In this document: positions 27,706 through 36,757 of the stretch, one piece after another
Layout of the letters: each line of letters begins with the position of its first letter
Position numbering within the stretch: the first letter of the stretch is position 1
Made by a program: the position numbers and the translations under genes
Notes under the pieces: generated by a model
The model's input: the letters and a program-made list of their open reading frames with translations, nothing else
What the model was told of the DNA's origin: nothing
The model's database searches: none
Assembly: GCA_021203905.1 (NCBI GenBank)
Contig: JAJQAG010000004.1
Span: 129,939 to 193,938 of the forward strand
Source of the DNA: Coprobacillus sp.
GTDB lineage: Bacteria > Bacillota_I > Bacilli_A > RFN20 > CAG-826
Direction: 5' to 3'
Length of the DNA stretch: 64,000 nucleotides

Positions 27706-28808
27706 TGTTTCAAGAAAGAGGGGAGAATGTTAGATTTATCTAACTCCTCCTTCTCTTCACTCTTTTCTGGCTCACTCTCTTCAATGGGAGCCTCCTCAAT
27801 AGTAGGACGAGTAATTGGATCCACAAGCAAGGGTTGAGAGAAATCCATCTCTTGTTCAAAGTCCGCGGCAATGACACTGACGATGATTTCATCATCGAGT
27901 TGATCATTAATGCTCACTCCAAACTTGATATCAATATCTCTTCCCGCGGCTTCGATAAGATATCTCACCGTATCTTGAGCATCAAAGAGAGAGACATTAG
28001 TGCCACAAGTCACAGAGACAATGGCGCGTCTTGCTCCAGCAACACTGGCTTCTAGTAAAGGAGAGGAGATGGCGCTTAAAGCGGCGTCTTTTGCCCGATT
28101 AGGTCCTTTTCCATAACCACTACCAATGAGTCCCACTCCAGAATGTTGAAGGGTATTTCTCACATCCGCAAAATCGAGGTTGATAACTGCGGGGAGTAAG
28201 ATGAGATTCACCACTGTCTTCACAGATTGCGATAAGACTTTATCGCTTTCCGCAAAAGCACTAGGAATAGGAATTGTTCCCACATTTCTAAGGAGTTGAT
28301 CGTTAGAGACGACAATAATTGAGTCGACATTTTCTTTAAGTTTATTTAAGCCATCGATGGAGTTATTGATCCTTGTCTGTCCCTCAAAGGTAAAAGGACG
28401 AGTGACAATGGCCACGACTAGCGCACCTGCATCTTTCGCGATACGAGCGACCACCGGAGCGGCGCCTGTACCAGTGCCACCACCCATACCGGCAGCGATA
28501 AAGACAAGATCCGCACCATTAACCATCTCTCTAATGGCGTCAGCGCTCTCTTCTGCGGCTTTTTCTCCGACTTCAGGAACACCCCCGGCTCCTAAGCCTC
28601 CCGTCGTGTTCTCTCCTAAAACTGTCCTATTTGATGCTTTAGAAGAGGAGAGAGCTTGTTTATCAGTATTCAAAACATAGAAGGTGACATTAGCAATTTC
28701 ATCATCAATCATACGATTGACAGCATTGCTTCCTGCTCCCCCCACACCAATGACGACAATTTTGCATGCGGGTTCAAAATTATCTAAGTCATAGTTCCCA
28801 CTAGCCAT
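27702..28808 (-). CDS. ftsZ: cell division protein FtsZ
   Basis: I trimmed the track ORF to ATG 28808 (MASGNYDL...), which is preceded by AAGGAGG. It has GVGGAGSNAV and the tubulin signature GGGTGTGAAP. Confidence 0.97.
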   Translation of the reverse strand: MASGNYDLDNFEPACKIVVIGVGGAGSNAVNRMIDDEIANVTFYVLNTDKQALSSSKASNRTVLGENTTGGLGAGGVPEVGEKAAEESADAIREMVNGADLVFIAAGMGGGTGTGAAPVVARIAKDAGALVVAIVTRPFTFEGQTRINNSIDGLNKLKENVDSIIVVSNDQLLRNVGTIPIPSAFAESDKVLSQSVKTVVNLILLPAVINLDFADVRNTLQHSGVGLIGSGYGKGPNRAKDAALSAISSPLLEASVAGARRAIVSVTCGTNVSLFDAQDTVRYLIEAAGRDIDIKFGVSINDQLDDEIIVSVIAADFEQEMDFSQPLLVDPITRPTIEEAPIEESEPEKSEEKEELDKSNILPSFLKQ

Positions 28809-30030
28809 TGTTACGACCTCCTTTAGAAGATGTACGTGTTCCAGTAGGATTGGCTGCTGGACGAGTATCTTCATAAATATTCTTATATTTAGAGTTTGTT
28901 AAAACTGCTCCTAAGACATTGTAGAGATTGGGTTTTCTCGCTCCTAAACTCGTGGGTACGGGAGTGGTGATATTCTTTGAACTCACTATCGGAGAGAGAT
29001 AGGAGACGAGTCCATTAAGACGGGCTCCACCCCCGATTAAGACCATCGGGAGAGAGCGGTAAAAGTCTTTCTCTTCCTCTTCATAACCCGCGAGTAAGAC
29101 ATCTATCGTCGTATTGAGATGATTGATGAAGGTTTCAAGTTCTTCTTTGACAAGATCATTTAGTTCAGAAGCATAACAGACCTTCCCCTCTTCGCTTGTA
29201 TAGATGGGAACTTGGAAACGCATTTGCTTCTTATCATAGCCATAGAGACATTTAAGCTCTTCGGCTTTTTCCATAGAAACACTAAGATGATGAGCGATAT
29301 GTCTCGTAATACTATTCCCACCCCAGGCAAACTGTTGAGAGGAATATAGCACTCCATCGCCAATAAGAGAAACAGTAGTCATCTCTCCACCGATATCCAC
29401 TAAGAAGTAAGCACTAGGGGTTGTGGGTTGAGTAGCGAGTAGTTCGCAAGCGGCAAAAGGTGCCACTACCATTCGAGAGATAGATAATCCCGCTTCAAGA
29501 ACCGCTCTACGATAACTATCAATAAGAGGGATGGGGAGAGTGTGAAGTTTCGCTCGCATGGTTAGTCCCGTAGAAACTAAACCAATAGGAGGGGTTATAT
29601 ACTCCTTCCCATCATCGACAATGAAGGTGTCAGGGATAATATCCACACAATCATTATTGAGTTCCGCCGGAAATTTATCTTTTCTAATCAAAGCGTATAA
29701 GTTCTTAATATCTATCGTATCGATTCTTCCTTCTGGAGAGACAATCGTCGTGAACTTATCATTGTTAAAGACCACAAGACCATTAGGAGGAAGCACTAAG
29801 ATAACCTCTTGAACGAGGACCGAGATCTTTGCATCAGGATCTTCAAACTTGGTTAAAGAACTAATCTCTTTGACAAGTTTGGCTTTATCAACGATGGAAC
29901 CATTCTCGATGACACCAGAAAGAGGTTTCTCCTTCACATAGATAACATACACTTGTCCTTCATTTTCAAAACCTTCAAGAAGTTTGAGAGATGAATCCGA
30001 AATTTCAAGAACAAAGACAGGTTTTTTCAT
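28801..30030 (-). CDS. ftsA: cell division protein FtsA
   Basis: 409 aa with an actin-like ATPase fold (VDIGGEMTTV, IGGGARL). It lies immediately upstream of ftsZ with an 8-nt overlap. Confidence 0.92.
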   Translation of the reverse strand: MKKPVFVLEISDSSLKLLEGFENEGQVYVIYVKEKPLSGVIENGSIVDKAKLVKEISSLTKFEDPDAKISVLVQEVILVLPPNGLVVFNNDKFTTIVSPEGRIDTIDIKNLYALIRKDKFPAELNNDCVDIIPDTFIVDDGKEYITPPIGLVSTGLTMRAKLHTLPIPLIDSYRRAVLEAGLSISRMVVAPFAACELLATQPTTPSAYFLVDIGGEMTTVSLIGDGVLYSSQQFAWGGNSITRHIAHHLSVSMEKAEELKCLYGYDKKQMRFQVPIYTSEEGKVCYASELNDLVKEELETFINHLNTTIDVLLAGYEEEEKDFYRSLPMVLIGGGARLNGLVSYLSPIVSSKNITTPVPTSLGARKPNLYNVLGAVLTNSKYKNIYEDTRPAANPTGTRTSSKGGRNNG

Positions 30031-30164
30031 ACTGCTATTTTATAACTTTCGACTAATATTATACAAGAAATTAGTAAAATCATAAAATATAATTTTATAG
30101 TCTACTAAATATCTACTATTTTTCAACTTTTAAAAGTGGTCAGGCCCCACACTACTACGATGAT

Positions 30165-30210
30165 CGAAACAAAAGAAAAACCCCATACATAAGGGGGATA
30201 GTACGGGGTT
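30165..30210 (-). terminator. terminator of the mraZ-rsmH-ftsL-like operon
   Basis: On the minus strand: AACCCCGTAC...GTATGGGGTT (10 bp, one G-U pair) followed by TTTTCTTTTGTTT. Confidence 0.75.
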
Positions 30211-30333
30211 AGAGGCAGGAAGACACCTGTCTTAAGGAGGTTATATTATAACAACATTTCTGTCGATATAATTAACTTACATTACCAGTATTTTAACATT
30301 GATATTTTATCTCGTCAATACCTAAAAATAACC

Positions 30334-30552
30334 TTATTCATCAAATGGGGATTCGTAAGATAAAACATCAATAGAAGAGGTTTCAAGATTCTCCACGACT
30401 TCTGTGTGAACAGTCGAGGTTTTGTTATTTGAAAGATATGTAGGGATAGTGATGATAGCGCCGATTGAAACGAACAATAAAGTAATGAAACTGATGTTTC
30501 TTAAGCGATAGTAGCTTGCGGTCCTGTTGTACTTAATAAGTTTGTCTTTCAT
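30334..30552 (-). CDS. FtsL-like small bitopic membrane protein (72 aa)
   Basis: I chose the start at ATG 30552, preceded by AGAGGA. It has a single TM helix (ISFITLLFVSIGAIITIP). Its position directly after rsmH is where ftsL sits in dcw clusters. The call rests on position only. Confidence 0.55.
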   Translation of the reverse strand: MKDKLIKYNRTASYYRLRNISFITLLFVSIGAIITIPTYLSNNKTSTVHTEVVENLETSSIDVLSYESPFDE

Positions 30553-30562
30553 CGTGTTTCCT

Positions 30563-31501
30563 CTACTTTCTTTCAATCACTCTTAGCTTTGCGCTCTTAC
30601 ATCTGGGATTAGCTTCCACCTCTTCTTCACTCGGGGTGATCACCTTATTGTTGATTAACCTATAATCAACATCCCTATTTATCTGCGGTCCATTGATTCT
30701 ATCTCCTTGGACGACGGCATACTTTCTAAATGTTTGTTTCACTATCCTATCTTCTAGGGAATGGAAGGATATTACTGCAAGTCGGCCACCACTATCTAAG
30801 AATGGCAAGACCTTCTCTAAGGTTTCTCTTAGGACATTGAGTTCATCGTTTACTTCAATACGGAGAGCTTGAAATACTTGTTTAGCGGGATGACCGGGTT
30901 TAGATAACTCCTTACTGGGCTTGCTCTTTTTAATGATCTCTACGAGTTCAAGTGTGCTTTCAATCGGTTTCTTTTCTCTTTCTAGGACAATGTTTCGAGC
31001 AATGCTTGAGGAGTATTTCTCTTCTCCATATTCTTTGAATATCTGGGTGAGTCTCTCTTGCGAATAGGTATTAACAACTTCTCTTGCGCTCAAGGGATTG
31101 TCTTTATCCATTCTCATGTCAAGAGGTCCATCTTCTCGATAAGAGAAGCCTCTCTCACTCTCATCAAACTGGTTTGAGCTGACCCCAAGATCCATAATCA
31201 CTCCATCGACAGAAGTTGTTCCTAACTCCTTTAAGATGGTGTCAACATGGACGAAGTTATCTTTGATAAGGGTGAATTTCTTTGAGATGTGATTAAGTCT
31301 CTCACTAGAGGCTTTTATCGCCTCTTCATCTTGATCAACCCCGATAAGATAACCTGTCGTGAGACTCTCAAGGATTCGTGAAGCATGTCCTCCTCTTCCT
31401 ACGGTGAGATCAAGATAGATTCCTTCGGGCTTAACTTTTAAGAGAGAAATAGTCTCCTCAACTAGGACTGGTAGATGTCCGTAATCCTTATCACTCGCCA
31501 T
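30563..31501 (-). CDS. rsmH: 16S rRNA (cytosine1402-N4)-methyltransferase RsmH
   Basis: I trimmed the track ORF to ATG 31501 (MASDKDYGHLPVLVEE...). It has the SAM-binding DLTVGRGGH and DLGVSS motifs. Confidence 0.96.
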   Translation of the reverse strand: MASDKDYGHLPVLVEETISLLKVKPEGIYLDLTVGRGGHASRILESLTTGYLIGVDQDEEAIKASSERLNHISKKFTLIKDNFVHVDTILKELGTTSVDGVIMDLGVSSNQFDESERGFSYREDGPLDMRMDKDNPLSAREVVNTYSQERLTQIFKEYGEEKYSSSIARNIVLEREKKPIESTLELVEIIKKSKPSKELSKPGHPAKQVFQALRIEVNDELNVLRETLEKVLPFLDSGGRLAVISFHSLEDRIVKQTFRKYAVVQGDRINGPQINRDVDYRLINNKVITPSEEEVEANPRCKSAKLRVIERK

Positions 31502-31922
31502 GATCAATGAGTTCACCTGCGACTTCTTCATAAGAAGAATCAGCTTCTTTTTCGTATTCGAGATACTTCGTACGATCCCAAATTTCAATGTGGTCCACCA
31601 CTCCAAGGATGAAAATATCTTTTCCGATTCCATACCTGGTGATGAGGGCAGTGGGTATCGTCACTCTTCCAAGCTTATCAACCTCTAGTTCATAGGTAGA
31701 AGAGAGTTGGGTTCTTATGTAAGAGCGGCTCTCCTTCTTTTGAAAAGGAAGAGAGTTTATTTCGGTAATTAAGTTATTAAATGCTTCGGCGCTATAAAGA
31801 GAAAGCGCTCCATCATATCCCTTCATGATATAAAGAGGAGAGGAGACCTCTTCTCTCATCCTTTTAGGGATGACAATGCGGTTCTTTTCATCAAGTGAAT
31901 GTTCATAACGACCAAAAAACAT
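31491..31922 (-). CDS. mraZ: transcriptional regulator MraZ
   Basis: The start is ATG 31922 (MFFGRYEHSLDEKNRIVIP...). It has two SpoVT/AbrB-like repeats with DxxxR motifs and is the first gene of the dcw cluster. Confidence 0.95.
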   Translation of the reverse strand: MFFGRYEHSLDEKNRIVIPKRMREEVSSPLYIMKGYDGALSLYSAEAFNNLITEINSLPFQKKESRSYIRTQLSSTYELEVDKLGRVTIPTALITRYGIGKDIFILGVVDHIEIWDRTKYLEYEKEADSSYEEVAGELIDHGE

Positions 31923-31926
31923 ATTT

Positions 31927-31989
31927 ACCACTTTTTCCCACTTTTTACCACTTGACTATATTATAAATAGCATTTTAAAAGTTTGACAA
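31927..31989 (-). promoter_or_regulatory. mraZ promoter and three MraZ-box direct repeats
   Basis: Promoter is TTGTCA (31989-31984), 18 nt, TATAAT (31965-31960). Downstream lie three AAAGTGG(T/G) repeats with an exact 10-nt period (31953-31927, minus strand), ending at the start codon. Confidence 0.7.
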
Positions 31990-32000
31990 CACTTATTTTG

Positions 32001-32034
32001 ATAAAAATAAAAAGCCCTCCAAAAGGAGAAGCTA
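32001..32034 (-). terminator. candidate terminator after yceD
   Basis: On the minus strand: CTTCTCC-TTTT-GGAGGG hairpin (includes G-U pairs) followed by CTTTTTATTTTTAT. Confidence 0.5.
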
Positions 32035-32055
32035 TGTTACAGATGAGAAGATTGG

Positions 32056-32547
32056 TTATAAGTCGAGATTATCTAAGACATCAAAGGGAGATGATTTATC
32101 TTCTTCTCTCTCTTTCTCTAGTTCATCTTCTGTTAAGACTCGATAACCTTTTCCACCTTGAGGGAGGCTCGCTCCTGGTTTGTGGAGATGGAAAGGAACT
32201 GTCGCCACAATGATGGAGTGGATGACATCATCGAGATTGATATCTCCATTCTTTTCTATCGTATCAATCCCCTCTTCTTCGTTTCCATTAAAGGAGAAGA
32301 TAAAATCTTCTTTCTCTTTTCCATGATACTCCACCTCTTCTAGGGTATAACTACAAGGAGCAAGAGCCACAAACTTGACACTCACGGTAAGATAAAGTAG
32401 TTCCCCCACTTTGGTGACATCAACATCAGCGTGACAACTCCTTACCCCTAATATATGGACGGGATCAAACTGCTCTGACTTAAAAGAAGGGTCATAAGAA
32501 ACCCTTTCTTTTTCATTTTCTTTATATGTATAGAAGTTGATTTTCAT
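32056..32547 (-). CDS. yceD: YceD/DUF177-family protein
   Basis: 163 aa with an acidic C-terminus and a conserved Cys-containing core. The length and composition fit DUF177. It is TAATG-coupled to pheT. No rpmF follows it. Confidence 0.7.
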   Translation of the reverse strand: MKINFYTYKENEKERVSYDPSFKSEQFDPVHILGVRSCHADVDVTKVGELLYLTVSVKFVALAPCSYTLEEVEYHGKEKEDFIFSFNGNEEEGIDTIEKNGDINLDDVIHSIIVATVPFHLHKPGASLPQGGKGYRVLTEDELEKEREEDKSSPFDVLDNLDL

Positions 32548-34940
32548 TAGCTACGAAGCACCGCTTTAAAACGACGATTTAATTCAAACTTAATATTGTC
32601 TTCAACTTGTGTCACTTCTTTATCTTCTAGGGTGTGAGTGTCACTTCCATAAGTAATAGTAATGGCGACACTCTTAGTGCCGCTCGCAATCCCCTTTCCT
32701 TCATAGACATCAAAGACTTCACAAGAGGTGACAATCCCGTTAGCGGTCTTAGTAATAAGATGAAGGAGTTCTTGACTAGTGACCTCTTTTGAGACAATAA
32801 GAGCGAGGTCGTGACTAATAGTGGGATATTTAGAGATCTTTTCCATCTTCGTGGTGCTGACCTTAAGAGCAAAGATATCATCAAGAACGACCTCAGCGAG
32901 TAAAACATTATTCTTTCCAAGGTCGTATTTAGTGATGGTCGTTGGATGAAGCTCTCCAAAATAACCAATGGTCTTACCAGCGATGGTGATAAGAGCGCTC
33001 TTTCCTGGATGGAGCTCCTCCACTTGATCATTACTAACAATCTTATAACGGCTAGCGTCCACTCCTAAGGTTTCAAAGATTCCACAAACAAGTCCTTTCA
33101 AGTCATAGAAGTCATAAGGACGAGTGACGAGAAGTCCTTGTTCATGTTTATCATTAACAAGAGCGATACATAAATGATGAGTATAGCTATTCTTTGTGGT
33201 TATCTCACTAATTTCAAATAGGGCCATATCCTTGGTTTGACGAGAGATGTTATAAATAACATTCTTCATCATGGAGTGGGCTAAACTCGTTCTTACCACC
33301 ACATGATCGTCTGTGAGGGGATTCATCACTTTATAAGCATCATGATCAAAGATGGTAGTAAAGGTTTCGTCGTACTCTTTCTCACTTAATAAAGTGTAAG
33401 AGAGACACTCATCTAAACCTTGATTTAAAAGATAATCACTAACAAGGTTAATCTTGATGGCACTTTCACTTAAAGAACCCTCACTACTCTCAAAGGTGGG
33501 AAGAATAGAGGGCACGTGCTCATAACCAAGGAGACGAATGACCTCTTCACTAAGATCTTCCCATCTCTCAATATCAAGACGATAGCTGGGGACAGTACAG
33601 ATAAACTTATTCCCTTTATCCGTAACTTTAAAGTTGAGTCTCTCAAGAGCTCCTTTAATCTCCTTAGGAGAGAAAGAAGTGGCAAGACGAGAATTTATCT
33701 TTTCATAAGTGGTTTCAATTTGAATGGGTTTTTCTTTTTCACTTTGATAAATGATAGTTTGCGAGAATTGCTCTCCCCCACAGAGTTGTTTAATTAAACT
33801 CGAGGCATAATCAATGACAAATTCAGACTGAAAGTGATTGGTCCCTTTCACAAAGCGAGAGGAAGATTCACTACTTAAACCAAGTCTCGTGGAAGTATGT
33901 CTAATCGTCACCGCATAGAAAGAGGCCGCTTCAATAACAATGTCTGTGGAACCACTATCAACCGCACACTCTAAAGAACCCATCACTCCACCGAGACACA
34001 TTGCCCTCTCTTTGGAGCAGATACAAATATCTCCTTTGATGACATCATATGATTTAGTGTCAAGAGCGACAAAGCTTCCTTCATAGTCATCTCTCGCCAC
34101 AAGTTTTCTCTCGGGGAGTTTATTAACATCATACATGTGTAATGGTTGACCGGTAATAAGCATGACATAGTTACCGATATCGACAATATTATCAATGGAT
34201 CTCACTCCCATCGCCATGAGATATCTCTGCATCCATAAAGGAGATGATCCAGATTTAATTCCTTTAATTTCTTTGCCACTGAATTGAGGGCATTTTTCTG
34301 TTTCAGAGCCCACTTTAAAGTCGGTTTTATAGGTTTCAAGATGTTCGACTTTTATAGGATAAGTAGGACGAGAGAAGATTGCTCCCGCTTCTTTAGCGAT
34401 ATTTAAGATCGAGAGAAGATCAGGACGATTCGCTAAAACTGAAAGAGAGAGAACATAATCATCTAAAAGAAGATAATGTAAGACATTCTCTTCTCCCACT
34501 GGAGCAGCACTATCAAGTTCAATAATTCCCTCTAAATCTTTATCACTTAAATACTTACGATCAAGGCCAAGTTCAAGATAGGAGCAGCACATCCCGTGAG
34601 ATTCCACTCCTCTAATAGTGGATTTACCAATCTTTCCACCGATTAATTCACAGCCTTCAAGGGCCACGACCACTTTAAGTCCACTTCTTACGTTAGGAGC
34701 ACCGCAGACAATTTGTTGGGTGCCATATTTCTGACCAAGATTGACACTTAAAACATGAAGATGAGTGCCTTCTATCTCTTCACAAGTTAAGACTTCTCCA
34801 ATACAGAGTTTTGTGCCATACGCTAAAGGTCTAGTCCCTTCCACTTCAATGCCCGCAAAGGTAAAACCATGGGCAATCTCTTCGACGCTTAAGCCCTCTA
34901 AATCCACAAACTGTTTTAAACAATTAAGAGAGACTTCCAT
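32547..34940 (-). CDS. pheT: phenylalanine--tRNA ligase beta subunit
   Basis: 797 aa with an N-terminal tRNA-binding domain, B3/4 and B5 domains, and a C-terminal FDX-ACB domain. It is coupled to pheS. Confidence 0.97.
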   Translation of the reverse strand: MEVSLNCLKQFVDLEGLSVEEIAHGFTFAGIEVEGTRPLAYGTKLCIGEVLTCEEIEGTHLHVLSVNLGQKYGTQQIVCGAPNVRSGLKVVVALEGCELIGGKIGKSTIRGVESHGMCCSYLELGLDRKYLSDKDLEGIIELDSAAPVGEENVLHYLLLDDYVLSLSVLANRPDLLSILNIAKEAGAIFSRPTYPIKVEHLETYKTDFKVGSETEKCPQFSGKEIKGIKSGSSPLWMQRYLMAMGVRSIDNIVDIGNYVMLITGQPLHMYDVNKLPERKLVARDDYEGSFVALDTKSYDVIKGDICICSKERAMCLGGVMGSLECAVDSGSTDIVIEAASFYAVTIRHTSTRLGLSSESSSRFVKGTNHFQSEFVIDYASSLIKQLCGGEQFSQTIIYQSEKEKPIQIETTYEKINSRLATSFSPKEIKGALERLNFKVTDKGNKFICTVPSYRLDIERWEDLSEEVIRLLGYEHVPSILPTFESSEGSLSESAIKINLVSDYLLNQGLDECLSYTLLSEKEYDETFTTIFDHDAYKVMNPLTDDHVVVRTSLAHSMMKNVIYNISRQTKDMALFEISEITTKNSYTHHLCIALVNDKHEQGLLVTRPYDFYDLKGLVCGIFETLGVDASRYKIVSNDQVEELHPGKSALITIAGKTIGYFGELHPTTITKYDLGKNNVLLAEVVLDDIFALKVSTTKMEKISKYPTISHDLALIVSKEVTSQELLHLITKTANGIVTSCEVFDVYEGKGIASGTKSVAITITYGSDTHTLEDKEVTQVEDNIKFELNRRFKAVLRS

Positions 34941-35980
34941 TACGATACCTTCTTTTTAAATTGTTCGAGGAAACGTACATCATTAGTGTAGAATCTCCTG
35001 ATATCATCAATGCCATACCTAAGCATGGCCACTCTTTCAATCCCAATTCCAAAGGCAAATCCACTATAAACCTCTGGATCGTAACCATTTATTTTAAGAA
35101 CATTAGGATGAACCATCCCTGCTCCTAAGATTTCAATATAACCATTCTTACACATAGAGCAACCCTTGCCCCCACAATTTCCACAAGAGACATCAACCTC
35201 CACACTCGGTTCGGTAAAGGGGAAGAAAGATGGACGGAAGCGGACTTCTCTCTTTTCTCCAAACATCGCTTTGGCAAAAACCTCAAGAGTGGCTTTAAGA
35301 TGAGCCATATTAATTCCCTTATCCACCACTAAACCTTCGATTTGAGCGAATTGATGAGAATGCGTCGCATCATCATCATCTCTACGATAAGTCTTCCCTG
35401 GGCAAATAATCTTAAAGGGTTTCCCTGCTTTTTCTTCCATCACCCTCGCTTGAATGTTAGAGGTTTGACTACGGAGAAGTAAGTTTTCATTTATGTATAA
35501 AGAATCCTGCATATCTCTCGCGGGATGATCTTTAGGAATATTCAATCTTTCAAAATTGTAGAGGTCACTCTCTACTTCTGGTCCTTCTTTAACTTCGTAT
35601 CCCATCTTAAGGAAGATATCGGCAATTTCATCACGGATGATATAGAAAGGATTCTTCGCTCCAATGCTATTACCTCTTCCTGGAAGAGTGATATCAAGTT
35701 TCTCGTGGGCAAGTTTTTCATTGAGCTCTTCAAGAGTTATTTCTTCTGACCTTGACTCAAAAGCGGAGGTTAACTCCTCTCTTAAACGAGATAAGAGACT
35801 TCCGTACTCTCTTTTTTCCTTATCAGAGAGAGAAGGAAGTTGACTGGTTAAGAGAGCAAGTTCTCCTCTTTTTGCAAAAAAGCGATTACGAAAAGTGGTG
35901 ATATCCGCACTCGAGACAATCTTACTTAACTCTGCAAAAGCAGTCTTTCTTAATTCTTCAATGTTATCTTTTAAACTCAT
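34940..35980 (-). CDS. pheS: phenylalanine--tRNA ligase alpha subunit
   Basis: 346 aa with class II motifs (HPARDMQDS, FRPSFFPFTEPS, GFAFGIGIERV). Confidence 0.98.
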   Translation of the reverse strand: MSLKDNIEELRKTAFAELSKIVSSADITTFRNRFFAKRGELALLTSQLPSLSDKEKREYGSLLSRLREELTSAFESRSEEITLEELNEKLAHEKLDITLPGRGNSIGAKNPFYIIRDEIADIFLKMGYEVKEGPEVESDLYNFERLNIPKDHPARDMQDSLYINENLLLRSQTSNIQARVMEEKAGKPFKIICPGKTYRRDDDDATHSHQFAQIEGLVVDKGINMAHLKATLEVFAKAMFGEKREVRFRPSFFPFTEPSVEVDVSCGNCGGKGCSMCKNGYIEILGAGMVHPNVLKINGYDPEVYSGFAFGIGIERVAMLRYGIDDIRRFYTNDVRFLEQFKKKVS

Positions 35981-35988
35981 ACCTTGTT

Positions 35989-35997
35989 ATTTTATCA
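35989..35997 (-). promoter_or_regulatory. extended -10 (TGATAAAAT) 8 nt upstream of the pheS ATG
   Basis: The minus strand reads TGATAAAAT-AACAAGGT-ATG. There is no T-box and no properly spaced SD. Confidence 0.45.
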
Positions 35998-36028
35998 TAC
36001 AAGAGTTTTATAAAAAACTAGAAATTTT

Positions 36029-36757
36029 TTATAACTTTGTGCCATTTATAAAATAAAACATGACAATTCCCGCACAGACTGCAACATTAAGGGAATCGAT
36101 GTCATTCATTTTGATACTGATTCTTCTATCCGCGAGATTAACTACTTCCTCACTCACTCCATGGGCTTCGCTTCCAAAGACTAAAAGGTAGGGTTCTTTC
36201 ACTCTCGTATCCACAAGGGTATCTTCATTGAGGGGAGTGGTCACATAAATAGTATGGGTGCGTTTATAATCTTGAACGGATCCTTGCTTAATGGGGAGGG
36301 AGAAGATAGCCCCTTTTGAAGCGGAAACAACCTTAGCGTTATAGATAGAAACACAATCACTTGAGAGCACTACTCCATCAAAACCAAGAGCGAGAGCAGT
36401 CCTTAAGATAGTTCCCATATTTCCTGGATCTCTGACACCATCAAGATAAATGAGCTTATCTTCCTTACTGAAAGGAACCTCTTCCATCTTAGAAATAAAA
36501 ACCACTTCTTCATTATTGACTAAAGAAGAGATCTTTTCTAAGACATTAGTGGGTACGACAATTTGTTCAATATCCCCAACATTTTCTAACTCTTTTGTGG
36601 TAAAAATCGTTTCCACCACTCCTTGTTTAAGTGCCATTTCCAGATTGAATTTTCCTTCACACAAAAACTTCTTTTCGCTTTTGGCAAAAGAAATATTCTT
36701 AAGCTTAACAGTGTACTTAATTAAAGGATTAGTAAGAGAAGTAATTTCTTTAGTCAT
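36029..36757 (-). CDS. TrmH/SpoU-family RNA 2'-O-methyltransferase
   Basis: 242 aa with SPOUT C-terminal motifs (DPGNMGTILRTA, FGSEAHGVS, LNVAVCAGI). It sits upstream of pheS like B. subtilis ysgA. Confidence 0.9.
   Translation of the reverse strand: MTKEITSLTNPLIKYTVKLKNISFAKSEKKFLCEGKFNLEMALKQGVVETIFTTKELENVGDIEQIVVPTNVLEKISSLVNNEEVVFISKMEEVPFSKEDKLIYLDGVRDPGNMGTILRTALALGFDGVVLSSDCVSIYNAKVVSASKGAIFSLPIKQGSVQDYKRTHTIYVTTPLNEDTLVDTRVKEPYLLVFGSEAHGVSEEVVNLADRRISIKMNDIDSLNVAVCAGIVMFYFINGTKL

Noticed and set aside
30133-30240. Possible SRP (4.5S/scRNA) gene, suggested by GGTCAGGCCCC and GGCAGGAAGAC segments.
   Set aside because: The conserved domain IV core (GGUCCGGAAGGAAGCAGC with a GNRA loop) is not present, and the hairpins are explained as terminators. 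I retained it only as a low-interest structured-region finding.
31983-32213. 76-aa plus-strand ORF spanning the mraZ promoter, the yceD terminator and the yceD 3' end.
   Set aside because: It starts inside a terminator/promoter region and runs antisense to yceD. It has no RBS.
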